Source: Halocafeteria seosinensis (Eukaryota). Taken from it: a stretch of 22,837 nucleotides of DNA. Both the position numbers and the translations under genes were made by a program. The stretch is from NCBI GenBank assembly GCA_001687465.1, contig LVLI01000905.1:62001-84837 (forward strand). Direction: 5' to 3'. The notes under the pieces were generated by a model. The model saw nothing but the letters and a program-made list of their open reading frames with translations. It was not told where the DNA came from and ran no database searches. Positions 11,165-21,357 of this stretch are shown piece after piece (within the stretch, counting starts at the first letter, position 1; every line of letters begins with the position of its first letter).

Positions 11165-12176
11165 TTACTGTACCTGCAGCCAGACTTCATTATGACGTCC
11201 GAAAAGAGTGAATGGCGAGTCGTACTGGGCCCAAGCTTCGGACCTGTTCGAAGCAATTAGTTACTTGAAAATGCACCTATTTTGACATTCAAACACAGGC
11301 TATTTGCTTACCAATCCGAACCTTCGACTAGTTTGTGCCCGGCCTTGCGTAGTACATCTTTCAGTTGAGCGCTGTAGTTGATGAAGTCCGTCTTATTAGC
11401 AAAGCCTGCGTGGCTAAGACTTTAATTGTATTAACCCGGAGGAAGCCTCCAGCCAATTCTGTCCTTGCACTTACCTCCGAATTCTGTCGCGGCCATTTTC
11501 AAGTTACTTCCGGACTCAATACTAATTTCATTGCTTGTTGGAATTTCACTTCTGTCCGAAAAAAGACTCGAAGGAACAAAGAAACTGATTTTCCAGTTTG
11601 TCGAGTCGTTGGTTCTGGCCAAAACTGGGGAGGTCATGGGAATCTCCTTATTCATCGAGTTTTTCCCCGAGATGTAGTTGAAGCTGCCCAAGAAAACTGC
11701 TATAGATGATAAGGATTAACCTGACATATGTGGAACATGCTTACTTTTTGTGGAATCCAGTACTTTCAGCATTGTCGAAGCTTTCAGTTTGAACTCGGGC
11801 AACAGTCCAGAATTCGTTGACTTCCTGCGGAATCCACATCCAAACCAGTTCGGCAAATGAAAGTTATAGAGGGACGGATCGAAGCTCTCAAAGCACGTAC
11901 CTTTCCGTATACACGGACGGCGTAGTTCATTCCGTCGATAGTCTTGTTTTCAAGTTCGTGGAAGCAAGGTGTTTCGATCTGTATAGGAAGCAGAAATCAG
12001 ACTCATGCGACTCTTCGACACAGGTGCACTGAGGATATCCCCACAGAGACCCTACTTACATTGTTGTAGTTACAAATATGGCAAGGAGGGTTGCTATTTC
12101 TGGTAGCGGCAGCGTTGGTACCCAATACTAGCGCTGCGATGGCAGCAAAGAGACACACGTTGGGGCCTATCATCAT
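11165..12176 (-). CDS. Secreted SOUL haem-binding family protein, 6 exons, 218 aa
   Basis: Exons are 12176-12060, 11978-11901, 11824-11745, 11683-11475, 11405-11312 and 11243-11165, all GT-AG (657 nt). SOUL motifs: IETPCF, YAVRVY, GFHKNFNYISGKN, IPMTSPV, ISFFVP, FGGFA, QYDSPFTLFGRHNEVWL. Signal peptide MMIGPNVCLFAAIAALVLGTNA. Confidence 0.9.
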
Positions 12177-12329
12177 TTTTGCCGATTCTTCTGTGTTTGG
12201 AATCCGGGCTTATGTTGAATTGTTCGTTCGAAATGGAAACGAAATGAACTTTTAATGTTCACACGCTTTCAACTCAAGGTAGATTAGAAGTAGTCTGAAC
12301 GTGGGGAGAAGCCTCCCGAAGATCAATGC

Positions 12330-12396
12330 CTGACGTCAGTGCGTACACGTCACACTAATGCCGCTCCGTCCATTGAATCTTCAAGCGGCTGACTCA
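12330..12396. promoter_or_regulatory. Cluster of bZIP-type motifs upstream of the SOUL gene
   Basis: A perfect CRE palindrome CTGACGTCAG at 12330-12339, a TGACGT half-site at about 12348-12353, and AP-1/ARE-like TGAGTCAGC (minus strand) at 12388-12396, all 150-220 nt upstream of the SOUL ATG. Confidence 0.3.
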
Positions 12397-12664
12397 AGCG
12401 AGTACGGTTGGGTATTCCTACACGGTGTAGTAGCACCACCAGCGGGAGCTCATCGGCTCAGTTCTTCGTGAAGAGGAACTATTGGCTTGCTATCACGACG
12501 AACTAATAGGGGAAGTGATGATATAGATGACGCTCGGTTATTCAAAATCGAACGACACAGCAAGTGAAGATCAATTCACTTCTTCGCTTTTGGACGCGGC
12601 GTAATGCGGGAGAAAAACCGCACTCCACTCGGTCGCCCAACCCTGTTGTAGCTGTGTCCGTTGC

Positions 12665-15214
12665 TCACACCAACACCGACAGCAGGCAATTGCGCTCAGA
12701 TTTCGAAAAACGCGCTGATCGTCCCCCTCTTTTATTCTTGGTCTCTTCAAAGAGCGCATTCTTCACGTAAATGATATCGTCATCGGAGTTTCGGGAAAAC
12801 TGGAAACTACTTCCATCGTCGTGAAATTCAGTAGGTGTATGACATGAATGATACTGTGTATCACGACGAGGTGCTACCTGTACCAACGGCGCCGGCTCGG
12901 AAAACAACCTAGATTTCCATTGACGCAGCACTAACTTTATCTTATCCTTCTGCTGCAAACCAGAGATGTCCAGTCCTTCGGCTACAGCAACTTTAATAGG
13001 AGTTTCCTTCTCTTTCATGTCTTCTTGAGACAACTTGCGTATCCTGGGTTGGTCAACGGATTCAATGGGAACATCTCCCTGTCGCACCAAGATTGCTCGA
13101 GGCGATCCGTGCACTTTGTCTTGCGTCTCACCACCTCCTGGAGTGGCTCGTAAGACATTCCCAAAAGCCAAGGGATTTGCTTGCATCGCTACTGCCGGAA
13201 CGTATCCCTCATTCTGACGGTGGGACTGGCATCGGCACTTGGATGGAGGATCTACAGCTAAACTATCCACTGGGATATCGAGCTGAGCGGCATATACAAC
13301 CAAGTCATAATCGAACCTCCGGCGAACCGCATTTCTCCGTCTATGCAGCACAATTGCGAATATTGCCACCATCAATACAGCAACTACTCCACCGGACACC
13401 ATTCCTGCTACTCCAGCGTTGCCAATGCCTGCGTTCGAAGAAGCAGCGAGCTCAGGTCTCAAGAGGGGAGACCCGGTTGCCTTTTCGGATGGTGTTTGGA
13501 AGCCCGATGTAGAACCGGTGCATGACGGGGAAGGAGAATGTGTCATTCTGGGCGTTGCTAATGTCGTCGCTGTTCCCGTAGTTGTTCCAGTGAGAGGAGG
13601 ACTGGACGTTCTTGTGTAAGAGGACGACGATGAAGCCGAAAAGCTAGAGGTAGGAGTAAATGAGGGTGTTGAAGACGTCATTGGCGTTACAGTCTTTAAA
13701 GACGTCGATGTTGCAGTAGCCGTTTCAGTTGGTGAGGGCGTCATAGTGTGTGTGCTGGTTTGAGAGGGAGACGGTGACGGTGAGCTAGTCGCCGTTTCAG
13801 TCCAGGAACTGGTGGGGGTCAATGACCCCGTTGAAGTGTACGAGGCAGACGGGGTTTCCGTCGACGTGTGAGTATGAGAAGGAGTGTAGGTGAGAGTACC
13901 TGTAGAACTTGCAGACGGAGTACTCGTGTGGGTCGATGTTGGAGTGCAGCTTTGGGTAGGACTTGGTAGAGACTTCAACTGGAACCGTAAAATGGGTAAC
14001 TCATGTTTCCAGTGAATTACCCACACATTTGAAGACCATCCATTGGACGCGTCAGCTTTGTACAATTTCCCAGTGATGTCACGTAGGTCCCCTGAGTTGC
14101 CTACGTCTGCTTCAAGAGATCCTCTACCTACCAGTCGAGTAGACTGATACACAGAGTATCTGACATCAACGGTGCCTGCACTGGAGGCCACCTCGCCTAC
14201 TATCCCCCCAGCGTCGTTACGTCTTATAGATCCAGAGGCATAAGTGTTTCTGACAATCGCGGTGCCTTGCCTCTCCGCTGTGTGCCAGCCCAAGACCCCA
14301 CCTGCGTTATGCCCATCAATGTCCCCCGTTGAATAACAGTCAGTAACGTATACTGTCCCATCTCTTTCTCCTGCGTCTGCGCCAACTATCCCTCCCGTCT
14401 GCTTTTCCTTCATATTCCCTGTGGAGTAGCACTGCACTACTGCAACCTCTTCGGATTCGTCCCCGGTGTTTACTCCCATAATCCCACCGCTGTTAATGCC
14501 GGTAAGGTTGCCGGTCGAATAACAATGACGAACAGTGACTATTCCATTTCTTTTACCAGCAGCAGCCCCACATATCCCTCCAGAGTTCTTGCCGCTGATA
14601 CTTCCCTCTGAATAGCAATTAGTAATTCTCACTTCTCCCTGCTCTGTGGCCGCCTTATAGCCACAAATCCCTCCGCTTCTTTTTTTCGCAATTTCTCCAG
14701 TGGAGCTGCAGGAGTCCACTCGGACATAGCTCTGACTGCTTCGCACGATAAATCCTCCATGCGAAGCAGTTTTTCCGTTTCGGGTATGCAGGTGGCTTAT
14801 CAATGGAGCATTCTGAAATGACTCTACCGCATCGTCGATTCTAAACAAACCCTTAAAGTCTTCTACACCTTGTAGGTCGATTTTAAAATTTTTTCCGTCA
14901 AACTTTTCCTTCGCATTCAGAGTTATATGGTGCCTATTGCCATACCCAGCAGCTAACCAATTAAATGAACAACTCAGCTCAACGAGGTCTCGATCCGCGT
15001 CGTATGCAAAACAGTCTATTGATTCAGATCCATTAGTAATGGAGTCCCGTAAATCGTAGCTATCAGCAAAACAGCTTTTTGTGACGAGCACCATGCAAAG
15101 AAATAGTACTGTCCATGGACATCGCCGATTGAGTAGAATGTGTTGAGTGCTTACAGTTGGTGCCGCTATCTGGTCGCGCACACTTTGATGGTCGTTTTGC
15201 GTTTCAAATTCCAT
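12665..15214 (-). CDS. Type-I membrane protein: GLUG-like repeat ectodomain, Ser/Thr/Pro stalk, TM, cytoplasmic tail (paralog A)
   Basis: Intronless ORF (ATG at 15214; an upstream ATG lies at 15298). It has a signal-like RCPWTVLFLCMVLVTKSCFA-D, about 6 repeats of (S/A)GGI(C/V)G...V.(N/D/Q)CYS.G.I, a mucin-like stalk, and TM GVAGMVSGGVVAVLMVAIFAIVL followed by HRRR. Confidence 0.85.
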   Translation of the reverse strand: MEFETQNDHQSVRDQIAAPTVSTQHILLNRRCPWTVLFLCMVLVTKSCFADSYDLRDSITNGSESIDCFAYDADRDLVELSCSFNWLAAGYGNRHHITLNAKEKFDGKNFKIDLQGVEDFKGLFRIDDAVESFQNAPLISHLHTRNGKTASHGGFIVRSSQSYVRVDSCSSTGEIAKKRSGGICGYKAATEQGEVRITNCYSEGSISGKNSGGICGAAAGKRNGIVTVRHCYSTGNLTGINSGGIMGVNTGDESEEVAVVQCYSTGNMKEKQTGGIVGADAGERDGTVYVTDCYSTGDIDGHNAGGVLGWHTAERQGTAIVRNTYASGSIRRNDAGGIVGEVASSAGTVDVRYSVYQSTRLVGRGSLEADVGNSGDLRDITGKLYKADASNGWSSNVWVIHWKHELPILRFQLKSLPSPTQSCTPTSTHTSTPSASSTGTLTYTPSHTHTSTETPSASYTSTGSLTPTSSWTETATSSPSPSPSQTSTHTMTPSPTETATATSTSLKTVTPMTSSTPSFTPTSSFSASSSSSYTRTSSPPLTGTTTGTATTLATPRMTHSPSPSCTGSTSGFQTPSEKATGSPLLRPELAASSNAGIGNAGVAGMVSGGVVAVLMVAIFAIVLHRRRNAVRRRFDYDLVVYAAQLDIPVDSLAVDPPSKCRCQSHRQNEGYVPAVAMQANPLAFGNVLRATPGGGETQDKVHGSPRAILVRQGDVPIESVDQPRIRKLSQEDMKEKETPIKVAVAEGLDISGLQQKDKIKLVLRQWKSRLFSEPAPLVQVAPRRDTQYHSCHTPTEFHDDGSSFQFSRNSDDDIIYVKNALFEETKNKRGGRSARFSKSERNCLLSVLV

Positions 15215-16424
15215 AACGCAGATAGATTCACTGCAAATAAAAACCCTAACAAGGGGAAATGCATCTGTGCTACAAGTACTTGTGCCACAGATCACCATGC
15301 CTGGCGCTCAGTCTCTGGCTTGGGCTGTGGATTTCTGCCTGAGTTCCTGTCGATAGCCGAACAGTATTTCACGGCTTCCAAGGATCTAAACGATCTTCCT
15401 TTCTATGCAAAATTTGCTTAATAAACCTCTATACAGGAGCCTCACGTCGTGATGCCCAGCAGTTCTCTGAGTTCTGCGGGTTTTGGTTGTAGTTTTCAGC
15501 GCGGCTTCCACTCAATGAGAGCCACTCCAACTTTGCAGAGGAGATACAGATGTAGTTCAAAAAATACAGAATATGTGACAAGTTACCTTGCATGTTAGAA
15601 GTTCTTAGAACACTGCGAGAGAACTGTTGAGGCAGAAGTCGCAATCGCTTTGCGCGACCTCATTTCGTGACAGGCGAGTAATATAGCGTTGTTTTAGCAC
15701 ATCAACACGTTCATCAGTTCACGGACGGAAGAGAATCTTCAACAAACCGTCACCATGTAGCCGCGTGATTTCCTCATAATTGGCACCCACGGGCATATTG
15801 CAGACGATCACGCTAACCTGGCTTGGAGTCACGTTCCTGTTGCTTCGCATCGTGTCGTCGTGTTTAACATGATGTTGCAATAAACATAGCAAAAAGTAGA
15901 CGACATGATGTAGCACGGGTAGAATTGCCAAAGTAGTGTGCAATAGTATATTATTTGGGTTCCCATGTGAGCTTCCAAAGGGTTCGATCGCACAACTCCG
16001 ATGCGATCGACAGCAGAGGTTGCCTGTTCGTTATAGAAGGTGCTAGCAGGAGTATTTGTACTAGTAGTATTATCAAAGAGTCGGTATCTTTGTTAAAAAA
16101 TCTCGTGGTCTTGCAACTGTCTTACCACAGTGCTGCAGCCTGCATTCTCCATATTTGATTCACCGACTCCTCTACGGGAGCTTCTTCATGGGGGACATTT
16201 GCGTACAGACAGCGAAAGGGAAGCGAGAAGAGTTAGCGAATCCTGACCTTTTATTGCCATCATTTTTCGGCATCCGTAGGTGCTGCACTTGATTGGTTGG
16301 GAAACCGTAGTTGCTGCATCACCAAGGAACCTTCTTAGGGCTCTCGAAGACCAGCGCAAAAGTCGGCATCCTACCACTGGCTCCTCCATTTGGCATTACA
16401 CTCCAATATAACCACTTTCTTGGT

Positions 16425-19348
16425 ATGGGAAAAGGGGTTCTCCGCATGGAAATGGCCAACTTGCCGGCATACCAGTACTTGTGCAGGAAGCAACGATGCC
16501 CTTGGAGCATGCTGTTTCTTTCTTCAGTACTTTTGGCTAACTGCTCTGTTGCAGACGGAAATGACTTACGAGACACTATTAAAGATGGATCGGTAGAGTG
16601 TTTTAAGTACGATGAGAATAAGAATCTGTTTTACCTGCAATGCTCAGTGAATTGGGATGAACTTGGATATGGCGATGAGCATTTTATGACTCTCAAGGCT
16701 GGTGAAGAGTTCGATGGTAACCATTTTGAAATTGATGTGGAGGGCACAACCAATTTCAAAGGACTGTTCAAAATTGACGATACTGATATCCACTGGTTTG
16801 AGAAAGATGCTCCATTGATCCGACGGTTGCATGTCCTCAATGGGGAGACGGCTGAAGATGGAGGCTTTATCGTTCGACACGCACAAACGTATTTCAGGGT
16901 TGACTCCTGCAGCTCAACTGGAGAGATATCAGGACTTAGGAGTGGAGGTATTTGCGGAAACAAGGCTGCAACGGATGATGGTAAAATCAAAGTAACAAAT
17001 AGTTTCTCGAAGGGAACTATCAGTGGAAAAGACGCGGGTGGAATTTGTGGAGCATCGGCTGGTACTGAACATGGTCAGGTCACTATAAGTCGCTGTTACT
17101 CCCTCGGCGACCTCACTCATGAAAACACAGGTGGCATTGTAGGAACGAACGCAGCAGTTCGATCTAATACCGTTCACATTTCCCAATGTTTCTCTCAGGG
17201 TAAGATTAAGGGGCTTGGTGCAGGAGGAATTGCTGGTATAGACGCCGGAGAAGAACACGGGAAAATGTATATAACTGACTGTTATACAACCGGAGGTATT
17301 AGCAAGAAACATGCTGGGGGAATAGTAGGGTGGAATACAGCAGAAAATGACGGTAGCGTTTTCATTAGAAATTGCTACGCATCTGGCACTGTTGAACATG
17401 AAGACGCCGGAGGTATAATAGGGCATATTGCCAAGGGTGCTGACTCTGTTGCTGTTGAAAATTCTGTCTATACCACACGACTGGTAGGTGGCGGAGAAGG
17501 AGTAAAAGACATCAGTAACTCGAATGACTTGGACGATATAACGGGGAAATTGTACAAAGCTGGTGAACCAGATGGATGGTCGTCGGAATTGTGGGTCGTT
17601 CACTGGACGCATAATCTGCCTATTCTACGTTTCAATTGGACTCCCTTCCAAGTCAAACCCCTAGCCGAACTCCCACTCCGTCAAGAACATCAACAGACAC
17701 GCCGTCATCTACCCGCACGACAACAGCCAGTCCAACTCCAACAATCACTGGCTCGCACACTGGAACAGTTACGCCAACTGCCTCGTCTACTTCCACCCCA
17801 TCGTGTACCCCCACAAGTTCCCGGTCCAGGACAGCGACGATTTCGTCTACCCGCACGACAACATCCAGTCCAACTCCAACAATTAGTAGCTCGCACACTG
17901 GAACAGTAACGCCAACTGCCTCGTCTACTTCCACCCCATCGTTTACTCGCACAAGTTCCTTGTCCAGGACAGCCACGGTGTCTCCGTCTCAATCAAGTAC
18001 CGGCACAATGACTTCTTCCTCGACTCGAACGCCTACTAGGACACTGACCCCTTCGAATAGTAAGACGTCGACAATGTCACCCACATCTTCTCTGACTGGA
18101 ACGTCCACAACTTCGCCCTCCTTATCGAGTTCAGCTTCATGTACGGGGACAGTTAGTCCGTCTCTCAGTGGACCAGCTACTGGGACACCAACGTCAACAG
18201 CCACCAGGACGCCATCTTCGACTACTACAGCATCATTGACTCCTTCTGAATCAGAGACAAACACCGCCTCGCCGTCTTCAAGTAGAATGGGCAGCGATAG
18301 TTCCGGGTTTGCAGCTTCTTCTTCCAGCGGCGACAGTGGCACAGTCATTGCTGCAGAAGGGGCTTTAATTGGAGTCTTGCTCATAGTCATTGCCCTAATT
18401 GTTGCGATCGTCCTATATAAAAGGAGGAAAAACCGTGGCCGTTGGAGACTGGAAGATGAGTTGTCAATATACGCTGCACAGCTCAATATTCCAGTGAGTG
18501 AGCTCACTGTAGCATCACGACTGGAGTGTCTTGAGTCAAAGGCAGAAGACACTTCCGGAAGCGTGCAGGATGTTGACGGATCCATCCATTCTTCTTCGAT
18601 GAACTTAAATCCACTAGCTGAGCAAAGGCTTACCCACGGGAGTGAGGACGCTACTGCTTTCCAAAGAGACCGCTGCCATGCTTGCACGCTTCCTCCAGGC
18701 ATTGGCGAAGATGATATTCCTCGGGCTATTTTCGTAAGCATACCCCCAAAGAACCTTAAAGAGAGCCTCCGTATCGTTTCAGTAGACCAGCCCAGCGTAC
18801 ATCAGGAGAATGGAGCATCTCCGATTAAAGTAGCTGTTGCAACACGACTGGACACATCGAACCTCTCTAGTATGGATCAAACGAAGCTCGCTTTGCGACA
18901 ATGGAAATCTGACTTGCTTTCCGAACCACCCCCATTAGTGCAGGTGGAAATTGCGCACCGATATGACACGTCTTCCCTGTGTACGGATGCTTCGCGACTT
19001 GAATTCGCAAAGAATCAGAGTAAAATGGGAGCGATGTTGCACCGCAACGGTAAGCGTAAGCACCTACAACGACATATAGGAAATGACGAGGCTTCGTTTC
19101 AAGACTACACTTCGGAATCATTTGCTCAAAACCCTGAACGAAACACTGTGTATTCGAGGAACGTACTCTTTGAGAAAACCGGAGGCGAGCCATCAAAACT
19201 ACCTAAGTCTTCTACCAATACATCCAAGACTGAATTTGCTCAAGTGTATCCAGTAGCCTTCCCTGACATTAAGGGCTCCAGTAAAACCGTCAGTGGAGGG
19301 AGAGCGTTCTTTCCGAATAGATCGCGATTAATTCCAAAGAAAATTTAG
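16425..19348 (+). CDS. Paralog B of the GLUG-like type-I membrane protein, split by a 1-nt frameshift at about 17633 (pseudogene, variant allele or assembly error)
   Basis: ORFs 16311-17909 and 17636-19348 together are colinear with paralog A. A reads LPILRFQLKSLPS; B reads cgt ttc aattggactcc, and one added C restores RFQLDSLPS. TM ALIGVLLIVIALIVAIVLY followed by KRRK. About 974 aa if repaired. Confidence 0.82.
17705..17980 (+). repeat. Two-copy 138-bp (46-codon) tandem repeat in the Ser/Thr stalk of paralog B
   Basis: tctacccgcacgacaaca...ctcgcacactggaacagt...tccaggacagc begins at 17708 and again at 17846. Confidence 0.9.
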
Positions 19349-19449
19349 GTTTCCCGCATTTCTGTACTTTCAAGTATGTTTCCAGTCTTCACGCAGCGCG
19401 TAGACAAATTCCCTGATATTGTCCACGCGATTTCTCGACTGATCCAAGA

Positions 19450-20150
19450 ATCGGCAACATTTCCTACGAAGGAGCAGAGCTGGCGTTGGAATTCCCCATA
19501 CCACCTATGGCGCAGCCGTCGCGCAGTTGATCTACTCACAAGGCTCTCCGCCTCAGCTTCTGTTCTCCGTATCATACAACAGAAGTGCGTAGTCCAGTGG
19601 TAGTTTGCGTGCGAAATATCCGTTTCGGCTTCAAACAGAAGAGGTAGGACGCCCAAGCATTTGCAACCAATTGAAAGGGGTATAACAGCCTTGTTTGCTA
19701 GTTCGTAACCACATGTACACCGCCGAAGGTAACACAATCGCAATTTCGCCGGTTGAAATGTGGACTCCGCTGGATCCTGAAGACAAACACCATGGGTGAT
19801 CAGATCTCCAAAGCAAGACACCACGGAGGTTGCTTTCCGCTTAGTGAATACATGATAAATGATCGGTCGCCCGTTTGGACTGTCACTCTACTAGATACAA
19901 ATCTGCATCATTTTGTAGAAGTGATTGTGGTCAGATTTTAAGTTGTTTATTTGCTAGTATACATTATATGTTGCAGCATGTTGGTACAATCGTGTCACTT
20001 CGCTTTCACATCTCCATTATGCTTGGCGCAAGCGCCGTGTCCTCGTAGACATCGAGATTCTGGGGTCACCTACCCTGTCAGTGAGCTGACTGGTGCGATC
20101 CCCAGTCTGGGAGCCCAGAAAGCAAAGTCCTGCCTCCAGGACAATTCCCC
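19450..20150 (-). pseudogene. Degenerate ankyrin-repeat gene relic
   Basis: Ankyrin-like fragments occur in order across frameshifts and stops: GGRTLL/FWAPRLG, NLDVYEDTAL, QSLLQNDADLYLVE*QSKRATDHLSCIH, LANKAVIPLSIGC, LPLLFEAETDISHANYHWTTHFCC. Boundaries are approximate. Confidence 0.5.
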
Positions 20151-20160
20151 CCAATACAAA

Positions 20161-20275
20161 GCCGTCTTCAAGTAGAATGGGCAGAGATAGTTCCGGAGTT
20201 GCAGCTTCTTCTTCCAGCGGCGACAGTGGCACAGTCATTGCTGCAGAAGCGGCCTTAATTGGAGTCTTGGTCATA
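20161..20275 (+). repeat. 115-bp duplicate of 18271-18385 (stalk/TM junction of paralog B)
   Basis: gccgtcttcaagtagaatgggcag...ttaattggagtcttg.tcata; I count 6 mismatches in 115 nt and no gaps. Confidence 0.95.
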
Positions 20276-21264
20276 ACAATACACCATTGTGGGATGGTCT
20301 TTCTTATTTAGTCGCTTCAACTTGGTTTCCTTGAAAAATGCGTTAGAGGTAATTTTCGTGGACACAACTTTTCAATCCGCTACTTGTATGCTAGAGCTTC
20401 AGTACTTCCCGCGATATGGACGAATGGAAAGGAAAGTCTTCGTTGAGAAATCGGTAAATGAATAGAACATAGATAAAGCAGCAAAGCACTGACGACCATC
20501 GTATGTGGCGCTTCATATTCGAGCTGCCAACGTACCATATGGTACTCGGTATCCGTGAAGTACGACGAAGTCTCTCTTCGAGCTCCCAACAACAGGTCTC
20601 CAAGTAACAGGCTGCGATTCCCATACTCTAAATGAAGCAATAGTTTCCTCGCAATAATAAATGAATAGTTTATAGCATGGCTCTTCCGGTAAGAGCAACA
20701 CGATATTTTTCTCAAGTTTCCGAGTGACATGCTTCCAACCTCAGGTCGCATGCACTGCGACCAGTCTGTCCGTGTCCGGGGCAAAGAATGCCATTATGCC
20801 ATGCGTTCTTCATATATGGGCTAAAACAGCATGGCATGTAATTGCAGTTTTGGAAACGCTGCACCTTACCTTTGTAGTGGCGGCAGACCTCTCCCTGCAG
20901 TGAGGAAGTGCCTCCCTGGTAGAAGTGCCTGCCCGCTACTTCCGAAGGAAGAAAGAACACCGAATTTCTTTCACCCACAAAGGTGTTAGACGGCATCTGC
21001 ACACTATACGGTTGCCAGCTGACTTTTGCCGTCGGAATCTTCGGATAAAAGAGACCCAATAGCATTCACGCAAAGCACATACAATAGGCATATTCGAGGA
21101 TTTCAGGGCGTCAGCTGAGCCCATCACGGAGCGCCTAGACTACCCTAATTTCATCACCGTGTGTGTGGGAAAACAAAATGTCACGATTAGTCACTCGTGC
21201 ATCCGGGAGAAGAAGGTTCGGTAGTGAGCACATGTTGCTGGCGCTCACTGTTTGTCTCGTGCTA

Positions 21265-21357
21265 TAACGCCCGCGATTTTTTTTNANNNNANNTATTAAC
21301 TATACGTTTATATTTTCAAGAATTATTAAATTTAATTAAAAAAAATCGCGGGCGTTA
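21265..21357. mobile_element. Short AT-rich element with terminal inverted repeats (MITE-like, or collapsed ends of a larger element)
   Basis: TAACGCCCGCGATTTTTTTT (21265-21284) is the exact reverse complement of AAAAAAAATCGCGGGCGTTA (21338-21357). The interior is very AT-rich and holds the only Ns in the window. Confidence 0.65.

Noticed and set aside
12513..12581. Possible C/D snoRNA (GTGATGA within an aagtga...tcactt stem)
   Set aside because: No CTGA box D next to the 3' stem.
17705..17980. CRISPR-like array
   Set aside because: Two contiguous coding copies with no spacers, in a eukaryotic context.
16929..18741. Long antisense ORFs (227, 107 and 250 aa)
   Set aside because: Shadows of the repetitive ectodomain and Ser/Thr stalk of paralog B.
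20380..21127. Several overlapping minus-strand ORFs
   Set aside because: I could build no coherent splice model and recognise no domain; probably decayed sequence.
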